NCBI GenBank assembly: GCA_016720395.1
Contig: JADKKR010000008.1
Coordinates: 404 to 64,403 of the forward strand
Reading direction: 5' to 3'
DNA: 64,000 nucleotides
Source: Geobacteraceae bacterium
GTDB lineage: Bacteria > Desulfobacterota > Desulfuromonadia > Geobacterales > Pseudopelobacteraceae
How positions within the stretch are numbered: the stretch's first letter is position 1; each line of letters starts with the position of its first letter. Positions 1 through 8,771 of the stretch are shown in pieces. The notes beneath the pieces are model-generated. The model ran no database searches. It worked only from the letters and a program-made list of their open reading frames with translations, and was not told the origin of the DNA. A program made the translations under genes and the position numbers.

Positions 1-233
1 TCTACCCTCCGTCACGTCTGGCAGAGTTCATCTGCTGCGTCGGTGAATTGAAGCTGGCCATTCTCCGGCTTCGCATGGTTCACGGAAATGAGCAGGCCGC
101 GGCAAAGATGTTCATGGTGGAACTTGCCAAGGGGCGTCGTGGGGACGTGACGGTTGAAGCGCCTTTGATCGTCTACGACACACATGGCGGGTATAGTGAT
201 GAAGTGGCTCGAATGCTGGGCATTGACACATAG
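1..233 (+). CDS. 3' end of an unidentified protein (gene begins upstream of the window)
   Basis: The frame is open from nt 3 to TAG 231-233 and is followed directly by a hairpin terminator. No motif recognised. Confidence 0.35.
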   Translation, partial: YPPSRLAEFICCVGELKLAILRLRMVHGNEQAAAKMFMVELAKGRRGDVTVEAPLIVYDTHGGYSDEVARMLGIDT

Positions 234-236
234 TAC

Positions 237-277
237 AAAAAGGCCTTCCGGATGAATCGATCCGGAAGGCCTTTTTG
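237..277. terminator. bidirectional rho-independent terminator
   Basis: AAAA-AGGCCTTCCGGA-tgaatcga-TCCGGAAGGCCT-TTTTT lies between convergent genes. Confidence 0.8.
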
Positions 278-297
278 CTGTGAGTTGTCAGGTCGGA

Positions 298-1164
298 TTA
301 TTGTCTGATGAACAGGACCAGTTCCATTTTATCGTTTTCACCGACGTGAATCGGGAAGCAGAGGGCAATACAACCGGAGGGGATCTGCAGCCCCGTTGCC
401 GGTGGGTGGAGTGCGACCGGTGGATTGATGTTCATGACCTTGCCCATCTGGGAGGCTTTGGCAGCTACGTTGCCGCAGACCACATTGACGAACTCCATTA
501 CGGTGTCTTCAAGCACTTCAACCGGTTCAGTGTCGACTGACTTCTCCCGAAGGATGGCCTTGGCGATCTCTTTCTGAATCCCTTCCGATACTGATAAGAT
601 AAAGCGCGCTTCAACATCTCCGACCAGATCCAGGGCAGCCATCATGAAATTACTGTCAACTGTTGTCACCGCCTGGCATTTTCCGGCGCGGAACGGAAGA
701 CCGAGTACGCGGGTAATCATCTTGTAGGTCAGGTCTGCGGTCATTTCCCACACCAGACCATCGGCAATTCCGGCCGGCAGTTCGATTCTGTCGGATACGA
801 AGCGGGCCTGATCTTTTTTGAATGCATCCAGATGTGCCTGAAGCTGCTCGCTGCTTAATGCACCCACCTGAACCAGGGCTTCTCCGATATAGAGATGCGT
901 GTTCTGCTGGCGTGTGATGATGTCGTTAAGCTGGTTGAGGGTGAGGATGCCAAGCTCCACCAGCAGGTCTCCCAGCTTCATGTCCCGGGAAAGCTGCAGG
1001 TTGTGGGCACGTTCGATTTCTTCCTTGGTCACATAGCCTGTACTGATCGCCATTTCACCAAACTTGAGATTTTTCTGTTCCTGCAGATCAATTGCCTTGA
1101 GAAGGGCTTCGCGAGTGACGAGGTTGTTTTCCACAAGAAACTGCCCGAAGAATTTTACGGCCAT
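298..1164 (-). CDS. cheX: CheX-family CheY-P phosphatase with N-terminal tandem MshEN/T2SSE_N-like repeats
   Basis: The C-terminal half has a CheX-like ExxN motif (MEFVNVVCGN). The N-terminal 130 aa carry four 24-aa repeats, one fitting the c-di-GMP-binding motif (KLGDLLVELGILTLNQLNDIITRQ). RBS AAGGGGA. cheY lies next door. Confidence 0.8.
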   Translation of the reverse strand: MAVKFFGQFLVENNLVTREALLKAIDLQEQKNLKFGEMAISTGYVTKEEIERAHNLQLSRDMKLGDLLVELGILTLNQLNDIITRQQNTHLYIGEALVQVGALSSEQLQAHLDAFKKDQARFVSDRIELPAGIADGLVWEMTADLTYKMITRVLGLPFRAGKCQAVTTVDSNFMMAALDLVGDVEARFILSVSEGIQKEIAKAILREKSVDTEPVEVLEDTVMEFVNVVCGNVAAKASQMGKVMNINPPVALHPPATGLQIPSGCIALCFPIHVGENDKMELVLFIRQ

Positions 1165-1204
1165 ATCACATCCCCTTACCTAGTGATTTAATTCTGAAGC
1201 CTGC

Positions 1205-1564
1205 TTAAAGTTCACGCAGGATCTGCAGTACATTTTCAGCCTCAAACGGCTTGGAAATTACATTTTTTGCACCCAGTTTGAGCGCCTCGGTGAATTTATC
1301 TCCGACTCCGCCCAGGGAGGTCACCATGACCACCTTCACGTCTTTGTCCAACACCACCAGGCTGCGCAGAGCCGTCAAGCCGTCCATCCCCGGCATGTTC
1401 ATGTCCATGCAGATGATGTCGGGGTTCTCGGTGTGATTCATCTTGATGGCTTCGGCGCCGTTCTTGGCATGGCCGACACTGGTGAAATCACCGGAATCAG
1501 CTATGATCTTTTCAAGTTGGCGAGCCACAGAAAGGCTGTCGTCTACGACTAGAACCTTTTTCAT
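1205..1564 (-). CDS. cheY: CheY-like single-domain response regulator
   Basis: MKKVLVVDDS...DIICMDMNMPGMDG...KP receiver motifs. ATG at 1564 preceded by GGAGGA; the longer track ORF start (1651) has no RBS. Confidence 0.85.
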   Translation of the reverse strand: MKKVLVVDDSLSVARQLEKIIADSGDFTSVGHAKNGAEAIKMNHTENPDIICMDMNMPGMDGLTALRSLVVLDKDVKVVMVTSLGGVGDKFTEALKLGAKNVISKPFEAENVLQILREL

Positions 1565-1805
1565 AAGGGTGTATTCCTCCTGGGTGCATGTGACGATTAA
1601 GGGGGACGAAAAGCCCCCTGAGTTGTGCGCCTTATAAGAATCGCCGCGCAAATGTATCTGAATACCGGTAAAATGTCAAAAGTATGTTTGCCTTTTCATG
1701 CCGTCAAAAAGATGCTATAAAATCCCTGCTCCACTCGACGAAATCACGTACTTTCACCAAATCATGTCTTCAATATACAAATAACTACAAAGGAGATTTT
1801 ACGAA

Positions 1806-2825
1806 ATGCACGTATCACGCCAAACACTGCATGCTGCCGGACTGATGATTGTCGCACTGCTATCCTGCGGGTCCCCGTCCATTGCGGCTGACTCCGAAAC
1901 AAAGATCGTGGTACCGAAGGTTGAATCTGCTGCTGTCGGTCAGGATGTCGTTGCCCGGGTAAACGGCGTTGCAATTAGCGCTCTTGAGCTGAAAAGGGCA
2001 AATAAGGTCATGCTGGCCGGGCAGCGGGGCACCTCGCCTTCTGCCGATCAACAGAAGGAGTTTGAGAAGCAGGCTCTTTCCCAACTGGTCTCTGCTGAAC
2101 TGCTGTATCAGGCCGGCCAGAAACTTGAAGTCAAGGACCTTGACAAGCAGATCACTGACAAGCTTGCTCAAGGCAGGGCCAGATTCTCCAGCGAGCAGGA
2201 TTTTATCAAGGCCCTGAAAGATATGGATATGGAGGAGAAGGACCTCCGGGATTATACCCGTCGCGACGCGATCATAACGAATTTCATCGAGAAAACGATT
2301 GTTCCCAAAGTGACGGTTACGGAAGAGGAGGCCAGGAAATTCTATGACCAGAACCCGGACAAGTTCTCCAGGCCTGAGTCGGTAAAGGCAAGCCATATCC
2401 TGCTGGGGGTTGATCAGAAGGCCAGTGCGGAAGATAAGAAGACGGCCAGGGAAAAGGCTGAGAAACTGCGTAAGGAACTGGCCGGCGGAGCTGATTTTGC
2501 AGCGCTTGCCAAAGGGAATTCCACCTGTCCCAGCAGCCAGCAGGGTGGCGACCTGGGCTTTTTCGGCAAGGGACAGATGGTTCCAGCCTTTGAGCAGGCA
2601 GCCTTCGCGCTCAAACCGGGTGAGATCAGCGATGTGGTCGAAACCCAGTTCGGATATCACATCATCAAGCTGACAGAGAAGAAGGCCGCTGAAAAGGTCG
2701 ACTTTACCAAGGAAGCCCGACCGCGGATCGAGGAGTACCTGAAAAACCAGAAGGTTGGGGCAGCAGTCAACGAGTTCCTGACAGAAACACGTAAAACCGC
2801 CAAGATCGAGTTGTTTTTGAAGTAG
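1806..2825 (+). CDS. periplasmic PpiC/parvulin-type peptidyl-prolyl isomerase (SurA/PrsA-like)
   Basis: Signal peptide. Parvulin motif GDLGFFGKGQMVPAFEQAAF...FGYHIIKL. RBS AAGGAG. Confidence 0.85.
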   Translation: MHVSRQTLHAAGLMIVALLSCGSPSIAADSETKIVVPKVESAAVGQDVVARVNGVAISALELKRANKVMLAGQRGTSPSADQQKEFEKQALSQLVSAELLYQAGQKLEVKDLDKQITDKLAQGRARFSSEQDFIKALKDMDMEEKDLRDYTRRDAIITNFIEKTIVPKVTVTEEEARKFYDQNPDKFSRPESVKASHILLGVDQKASAEDKKTAREKAEKLRKELAGGADFAALAKGNSTCPSSQQGGDLGFFGKGQMVPAFEQAAFALKPGEISDVVETQFGYHIIKLTEKKAAEKVDFTKEARPRIEEYLKNQKVGAAVNEFLTETRKTAKIELFLK

Positions 2826-2843
2826 TAATGATCAAGTCTGCAC

Positions 2844-2881
2844 GTACATGGCCGGCCTGTGTTCATCGGCCGGCCATGTAC
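2844..2881. terminator. bidirectional hairpin terminator
   Basis: Perfect 14-bp stem GTACATGGCCGGCC / GGCCGGCCATGTAC between convergent stop codons. Confidence 0.7.
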
Positions 2882-3865
2882 CTATATTCCCGTAGAAAAG
2901 ACCTTGTTTCGCCCTGATGAAATCCCCTCGAACCTGAACCTTCCAACATACTCCCCGTTTTTGTAGAGACTGGCCTCTCCGCCCGGCAGGTACAGTTGCT
3001 CTGAATTCTTCAGCACGCACGAAAACGAGCTTGAAATGCCCGGTCCGAAACGCACCTCCGATACCGGCAGGCGAAAGCTGGCCATCCTGGCAGTCGGACC
3101 AGGATTAACCGGAAACACCCGGGCGATGCCATGTTCGGCAAGTGGTGCAGGTGAGGCCTGGAGCAGATATCGGGCAAATGTGCCCTGGAACTGTCCTGAC
3201 AGGTTCAGCAGGGCTGTGCTGCTGCCGTCAAGGTACAGGTCATATCGCGGCATCCATCCCTCACCGGCAATCGCATAGCGTACGGTAACATTGCCCCGCT
3301 GCGGTGATACGAGAATACGTGCAGCGCGCTCCGCTTTCCGGGGACTGTTCTTTGCTGCCGCAATGCGGCTGTCAATGCGCCTGATCTCCTGTTCTGTCTT
3401 GCGCCGGGAGGTGTAGACCGCTTCCAACTGCGCGATGGCAAACTCGGTTCCCTGGCGAATGGTCTGCATCGGGTCAGGATTGGCTTTGGTTTTACGCGGC
3501 GCCTTGCCGCTCTGGGATTTGGCGGCAGTTGTAAAGATCTCTTCGCGGGTTGCCAGCGCCTGCAGGCGATCACCCAGCCGGTTTCTCTGTTCAATCAGTG
3601 TCTCCAGGTCTTTTTCGCCGTTACCCGGATCCTTTTTGACAGAAACGATGTCAACCCGCTGCAGGGCGGTACCCTTGCCCGGCTGTATCCTCAGGGAGCC
3701 CTCGATCATGTTCGACGGCAGAGGGATTTCACACGAGCCTTTCGCGGCAGCGGCCTCCAGTTCGACCACAGCACCGTCCAGGTAGAACGTCACGGTTCTG
3801 CTTTCAGCCGGAGCGGTCTGTACCGCGAGCAGTGTCAGGGCCAGCAGGGGAATAACGATCTTCAT
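2882..3865 (-). CDS. secreted hypothetical protein (possibly DUF4139-like)
   Basis: Signal peptide MKIVIPLLALTLLAVQTAPA. RBS AAAGGAA. 327 aa with a coiled-coil middle segment. Family assignment is from memory only. Confidence 0.6.
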   Translation of the reverse strand: MKIVIPLLALTLLAVQTAPAESRTVTFYLDGAVVELEAAAAKGSCEIPLPSNMIEGSLRIQPGKGTALQRVDIVSVKKDPGNGEKDLETLIEQRNRLGDRLQALATREEIFTTAAKSQSGKAPRKTKANPDPMQTIRQGTEFAIAQLEAVYTSRRKTEQEIRRIDSRIAAAKNSPRKAERAARILVSPQRGNVTVRYAIAGEGWMPRYDLYLDGSSTALLNLSGQFQGTFARYLLQASPAPLAEHGIARVFPVNPGPTARMASFRLPVSEVRFGPGISSSFSCVLKNSEQLYLPGGEASLYKNGEYVGRFRFEGISSGRNKVFSTGI

Positions 3866-3999
3866 GATAATTCCTTTTGTGGCATGGTAATCAGAGTGTT
3901 GCGCTTGTTATCTGATCCGGCTATACTTCCGCGGTCCTGATAATCAGGACGCGCAGTGTTTACGAATCGGTTTCTAACATACTAAAAAAAGGATGAAAG

Positions 4000-5571
4000 G
4001 TGTCTCTAATGGATCACGAAGATGAAGTATCCGTCAAGGACATTGTAAATTTCTACATAAAAATAAATGATGCCGTCAAGGCCAAGAAAGATCTCGCTCA
4101 GCTTTCATCCAGAGACAAGGCGACCGCGTTAGAGGTCATTGTTGCATCTTCAGGCAGTCGGGAGTTCAAGATCGAGATTGCCAAGTACTTTCTCTACGAT
4201 CTGGACAACCGGGTCCGGAAAAAAGCGGAATTCATGATGGAGGATCTTGTGCCGGACTGGGTCTCCGATCCGGCCGAAAGCATCCTGAAACTGCTTAAGA
4301 CCGCCGATCATCAAGGTTCTGTGAAACGAAACGCAGCGGTCAAGTTTCTTTTCGGAATTGTCGACTCGGTCAGTCTGCGGGGCACATTCATGACGCTGCT
4401 CAGCAGCCGCAACCGCTCTCACATGGCAGAGATCATTGCCATACTGGAAGACTATATCGATGCATCCGGAGATGAACATGAGCAGGTGAAGATTTTTGAC
4501 GCCTGCCTGGACATCATCCTCTCCGATGACACCGACAACAATATGAAACATTATGCATCCACCCTGCTGAGTGTGTTCTTCAAGAAGGTCCAGGCGACAA
4601 ATCTGGGTGAGGCCCTGCGTAAGAAGTATATTGAAAAACAGCTGGAAAAGTCTGAATCGGTCTATCGCTACCTGTGCAGTGGCACCTCCGGGCTTAATGC
4701 CACGTATCTCGATGACCTTCTCCGCCCGCTTACCGGGGGTGGAACTCCGTATCAGATCAAGATTCTGAGCTATCTTAATCATGTCATGGACAAGATCAGG
4801 CGTTCGGAAGAAGTCGACAGGGTGCTGGATATCTATCCGGATTACTGGAACCAGGAGGAACCGGCCAAAGAGGACAAAATCAAGGCCATCTGCCGCAGGA
4901 TCATCGCAGCGGTGGATGAGCTGTGGGATTTCAGTGATGATGCCGACGTACGTGGTATGATCGTCAGGGTGCGCTATGGCGAGTATGCCAACAAGCGTGA
5001 ATTGCTGGAGCAGATCAGGTCAAAGATAGAGGTTGAGGAGCCACCCGCCGCAAGCGCCCGCGAGAAGATTGCCCTCATGCTGCACTGTTTCCTGCTGCCC
5101 GAAGAGGATGATACCCTTAAACTGCTGGTCGCACATCTCCTGCTGTTCAAGCTGGGCGGGAGAGAGAACCAGATTGCTGCCCTGGGCTACCTGCAGTACT
5201 ACGTCGAGAACAAGAGCCTCAATTATGCAGAAAAAGGCAGCATTGCAGCGGTAATCGACCAGCTGCTCAAGGATAATGCCCTGGCCGCTGATATTCGGAA
5301 CACCGCACGCTATATCCTGTTTATCTCCGCACCTGAGCGCTTCACGAGTGAAGATGAGCAGAAAGAGATCCTGGGATACCTGCGGAAGGTTGTCGACGGC
5401 AAGGGGTTCGGGTATGAAGAGGCGGAAATGCGTGTCGTGCAGTCACTGATCATCCTGTCCGACAAGATGCTCAAGAATGAAAAATTCAAGAAAGCCGCCC
5501 AGTACCTGGAGTATAAGATCCGCAACCCCAACAGCGCACCGAGTCTGGTCAAGGCGAGAGCTAAGAAGTAA
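4000..5571 (+). CDS. hypothetical alpha-helical repeat (HEAT/ARM-like) protein
   Basis: 523-aa ORF with coding-like composition and no shadow competitor. Start is GTG 4000 or ATG 4009. Confidence 0.6.
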   Translation: MSLMDHEDEVSVKDIVNFYIKINDAVKAKKDLAQLSSRDKATALEVIVASSGSREFKIEIAKYFLYDLDNRVRKKAEFMMEDLVPDWVSDPAESILKLLKTADHQGSVKRNAAVKFLFGIVDSVSLRGTFMTLLSSRNRSHMAEIIAILEDYIDASGDEHEQVKIFDACLDIILSDDTDNNMKHYASTLLSVFFKKVQATNLGEALRKKYIEKQLEKSESVYRYLCSGTSGLNATYLDDLLRPLTGGGTPYQIKILSYLNHVMDKIRRSEEVDRVLDIYPDYWNQEEPAKEDKIKAICRRIIAAVDELWDFSDDADVRGMIVRVRYGEYANKRELLEQIRSKIEVEEPPAASAREKIALMLHCFLLPEEDDTLKLLVAHLLLFKLGGRENQIAALGYLQYYVENKSLNYAEKGSIAAVIDQLLKDNALAADIRNTARYILFISAPERFTSEDEQKEILGYLRKVVDGKGFGYEEAEMRVVQSLIILSDKMLKNEKFKKAAQYLEYKIRNPNSAPSLVKARAKK

Positions 5572-5587
5572 ACCTTATTCCGGATCG

Positions 5588-6649
5588 TTACTGCCGGAGG
5601 CGAAGCGCCGAAACGATCCTGCCGCCTCCCAGGACTTCATCCCCCCGGTAGAAGACCACCGACTGCCCCGGGGTGACCGCTTTCTGCGGATCGGTGAAAC
5701 GCACCTCGCAGGTCCCGTTCTCCATTATCAGGGCCCGACAGGCAACCGGCTGATGCCGGTAGCGGATCTTGCAGGTGACGTCGCATCCGGTCTCCAGAGG
5801 TTTGATGACCCAACTGAGGTCTGTCGCCAGGAGCCCCTCTGCAAAGACATGCTGCTGTTCTGCCACCACCACCCGGTTGTCTTTTATCTCCAGCGCAACA
5901 ACATACAACGGTTCGCTCCAGGCAATGCCTAACCCTTTTCGCTGTCCGATCGTGTAGCGGTGTGTGCCCGCATGTCGCCCAACCACCTGCCCGTTCAGGT
6001 GAACGATCTCACCACCCGTATCAGCCAGCGCAGCATTCCCCTCAAGAAACGCAACATAGTCATCGCCCGGGATGAAGCAGACCTCCTGGCTGTCACTCTT
6101 TTCTGCAACCGGCAGGCCGAATTCCCTGGCCAGGCGGCGCACCTCGTCCTTGCTTGCTACATCACCAAGCGGAAGGAGCAACCGGCTGAGGCGCTCCTGT
6201 GTCAGGGTGTAGAGGAAATAGGACTGGTCCTTGTGGATGTTGCGAGCCATGCGCAGGTGGCAGGTGCCATCAGGGTCGATGCTCTTTCTGACGTAATGTC
6301 CGGTGGCCAGAAGCTCTGCGCCAAGTTCGCGGGCCTTGTCCAGCAGCAGTCCGAACTTGATGAAGCGGTTACAGCGTATGCAGGGGTTGGGTGTGTGGCC
6401 GCAGCCGTACTCAGCGATGAAGTCGTTGATGATCAGTTCACGGAATTCATCTTCAAAATCAACCACATGATGCGGGATGCCCAGATGGTCGGCAACAACG
6501 GCTGCATCATGGGCGGCCGAGCCGCTGCCGGTGGTGCAGGGGACGAACAGCCGCATGGTGATGCCGACCACCTCATGGCCCTGCTGTTTCAGGAGTGCGG
6601 CGGTCACGGATGAATCCACTCCGCCGCTCATGGCAACAGCGATCCTCAT
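5588..6649 (-). CDS. mnmA: tRNA 2-thiouridine(34) synthase MnmA
   Basis: PP-loop MSGGVDSS, conserved CIRCN and the full-length MnmA pattern. Confidence 0.9.
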   Translation of the reverse strand: MRIAVAMSGGVDSSVTAALLKQQGHEVVGITMRLFVPCTTGSGSAAHDAAVVADHLGIPHHVVDFEDEFRELIINDFIAEYGCGHTPNPCIRCNRFIKFGLLLDKARELGAELLATGHYVRKSIDPDGTCHLRMARNIHKDQSYFLYTLTQERLSRLLLPLGDVASKDEVRRLAREFGLPVAEKSDSQEVCFIPGDDYVAFLEGNAALADTGGEIVHLNGQVVGRHAGTHRYTIGQRKGLGIAWSEPLYVVALEIKDNRVVVAEQQHVFAEGLLATDLSWVIKPLETGCDVTCKIRYRHQPVACRALIMENGTCEVRFTDPQKAVTPGQSVVFYRGDEVLGGGRIVSALRLRQ

Positions 6650-7449
6650 CCTTCTTCTCCCAGGATAATCCTGATCACCTGATTGGCCTGGTGTCCGGCG
6701 GCAATGCCGACCCGCGGGGCCATCAGGCCGCTGCCGGGCTGTGCCTCTGAGGTGCCGTCTCCGCAGAGATACAGCCGGGAGGAAATGCGTCTGGTCGTAA
6801 TGGCATTGTTCGGGCCGTATCCGGCCAGTCCCGACGCGGCGACCACCGTTACCCCGGCCATCTGCTCCAGGACCGTATCCACCAGCATGGCCTTCATATC
6901 GGCCCGGTCGAAGGCCTCCACGATGATGCCGCAGGCGGCAAAGATGACCGGGATATTCGCCGGATCAAGCAGGGACACATGCGGTTCAACGCTGACATAG
7001 GGGTTGATGCGCTGCAGGTTGTCGGCCAGCGCCACAACCTTGGGCTGTCCGATCTGGTCGATGAAATACTGCTGGCGGTTGAGGTTGGAGGGCTCGACCA
7101 CATCGAAATCGGCAATGACGAGCGTCCCGATCCCCACCCGCGCCAGGGCTACTGCCACAGCCGACCCCAATCCACCGGCACCGGCGATCCCCACGCGTGC
7201 CTCTTTGAGGCGTGCATGCACACCGGGTGTGTGCCGGGCTGACATGAGGCGTTCCAGCTCTGCTTTCTCGGGCTGCTCGCCGCGTCGGATCAGGAACAGC
7301 TCGTCCCCTTCCTGCAGCAGGGTTCCCGCCGATGCCGGGAAACCGTTCAGGATCAGCACGTCGGCCCCGGGTTTGTGAATGCTTGCAAGATCACCCAGTG
7401 TGGTGTTTTCGGTGACTGCAACATCATGTTCGTTAATGCGAATGTTCAT
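6646..7449 (-). CDS. thiF: ThiS-like beta-grasp domain fused to a ThiF/MoeB-type E1 adenylyltransferase
   Basis: N-terminal ~65 aa are ThiS-like (VNG-type LILNGF...GDELFLI). Then GIAGAGGLGS Rossmann motif and DFDVVEPSNLNRQ. 4-nt overlap with mnmA. Confidence 0.8.
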   Translation of the reverse strand: MNIRINEHDVAVTENTTLGDLASIHKPGADVLILNGFPASAGTLLQEGDELFLIRRGEQPEKAELERLMSARHTPGVHARLKEARVGIAGAGGLGSAVAVALARVGIGTLVIADFDVVEPSNLNRQQYFIDQIGQPKVVALADNLQRINPYVSVEPHVSLLDPANIPVIFAACGIIVEAFDRADMKAMLVDTVLEQMAGVTVVAASGLAGYGPNNAITTRRISSRLYLCGDGTSEAQPGSGLMAPRVGIAAGHQANQVIRIILGEEG

Positions 7450-7502
7450 GGCAGGATTATCCTGGATCGGTTCAAAAATAAAAAATAAAAATCAACTCTC
7501 AC

Positions 7503-7589
7503 AGAGCTCACAGAGGCACGGAGAACATCCAGAGAAATACTTTCGGGGTAACTGATAAACCGGTTTTCTCCGTGTGCTCTGTGAGCTCT
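7503..7589. repeat. long inverted repeat / REP-like hairpin downstream of the metC-like gene
   Basis: AGAGCTCACAGAGGCACGGAGAA (7503-7525) pairs with TTCTCCGTGTGCTCTGTGAGCTCT (7566-7589), with one indel and a 40-nt loop. Confidence 0.6.
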
Positions 7590-7625
7590 AGCGAACGTAG
7601 TGAGCGGGTGAGAGAACGGTCTTTA

Positions 7626-8759
7626 CTATCCCATGGCCTGTTCAAGGTCGGCGATCAGGTCATCCGGATCCTCCAGCCCGACCGAAAGGCGCACGAGGGT
7701 ATCGGTGATTCCTTTGCGCAGACGCTCTTCCGCAGGAACCGAGGCGTGCGACATGCGGGCAGGGTAGGAGATGATGCTTTCCACACCGCCCAGGCTGACG
7801 GCAAAGGCGGCCAGCTTCGAACCTTCCAGCAGGTGTTTGGTGGTCTCGAACGAGTCCAGCTCAAACGAGAAGACCGCACCCGGTCCATCTGCCTGACCGG
7901 CATGTACGGCGTAGCCGGGATGCTCCGCCAGGCCGGGATAGTGCACTGCAGTGACCCGCGGATGTGACTTCAGCCAGGCGGCTATCCTGATCGTGCTCAG
8001 CTGGCTCTGATCCATCCTGACCTTGAGGGTCTTGACGCCGCGCAGGGTCAGAAACGAATCCTGCGGTCCCAGCCCGGTGCCAAAGGCGTTCTGAATATAG
8101 CGTATGCGCTGGCCCAGTTCGGTGTCGTTGACTACAGCAAAACCGCAGATAACGTCACTGTGGCCATTGAGGAACTTGGTGCCGCTGTGCAGGACGATGT
8201 CGCAGCCCAGATCGAGCGGGCGCTGCAGGTAAGGGGTCATGAAGGTATTATCCACCAGCGTGATGATGCCGTGCCGCCGTGCAATCCCGACAGCGCCGCG
8301 CAGGTCGGTTATCTTGAGCAGCGGGTTGGAGGGGGTCTCCAGATAGAGGCCTTTGGTTTCCGGCCTGATGGCCGATTCTACGGCAGCCAGGTCGGTCGCA
8401 TCCACAAAGGTGGAGCTGATGCCCATGCGGCTGAAGATCGTGGACAGAACCCGGTAGGCGCCGCCGTAGACATCATCGCAGACCACCAGATGGTCGCCCG
8501 GGGAGAAGATCATCAGGGTTGTGGAGATGGCCGCCATGCCGGAGGAGAAGGCCAGGCAGCGGGCGCCTCCTTCCAGTGCGGCAATAGTCTCTTCCAGCGC
8601 CTCGCGGGTAGGGTTGTCTCCCCGGGCGTAGTCGTATTTCCTGAAGTGATCGACCGAGGTCTGTTGATAGGTGGAGATCTGGTAGATCGGCACCCCCAGC
8701 GCCCCGGTCTGGGGGTCGATGGTCGGGCCGCTATGGATCAGTTTGGTGGCGATCTTCAT
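7626..8759 (-). CDS. metC: Cys/Met-metabolism PLP enzyme, cystathionine beta-lyase-like
   Basis: PLP-lysine motif HSGTKFLNGHSDV. 377 aa. Second gene of the riboswitch-controlled pair. Confidence 0.75.
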   Translation of the reverse strand: MKIATKLIHSGPTIDPQTGALGVPIYQISTYQQTSVDHFRKYDYARGDNPTREALEETIAALEGGARCLAFSSGMAAISTTLMIFSPGDHLVVCDDVYGGAYRVLSTIFSRMGISSTFVDATDLAAVESAIRPETKGLYLETPSNPLLKITDLRGAVGIARRHGIITLVDNTFMTPYLQRPLDLGCDIVLHSGTKFLNGHSDVICGFAVVNDTELGQRIRYIQNAFGTGLGPQDSFLTLRGVKTLKVRMDQSQLSTIRIAAWLKSHPRVTAVHYPGLAEHPGYAVHAGQADGPGAVFSFELDSFETTKHLLEGSKLAAFAVSLGGVESIISYPARMSHASVPAEERLRKGITDTLVRLSVGLEDPDDLIADLEQAMG

Positions 8760-8771
8760 GGTGTTACCTCT

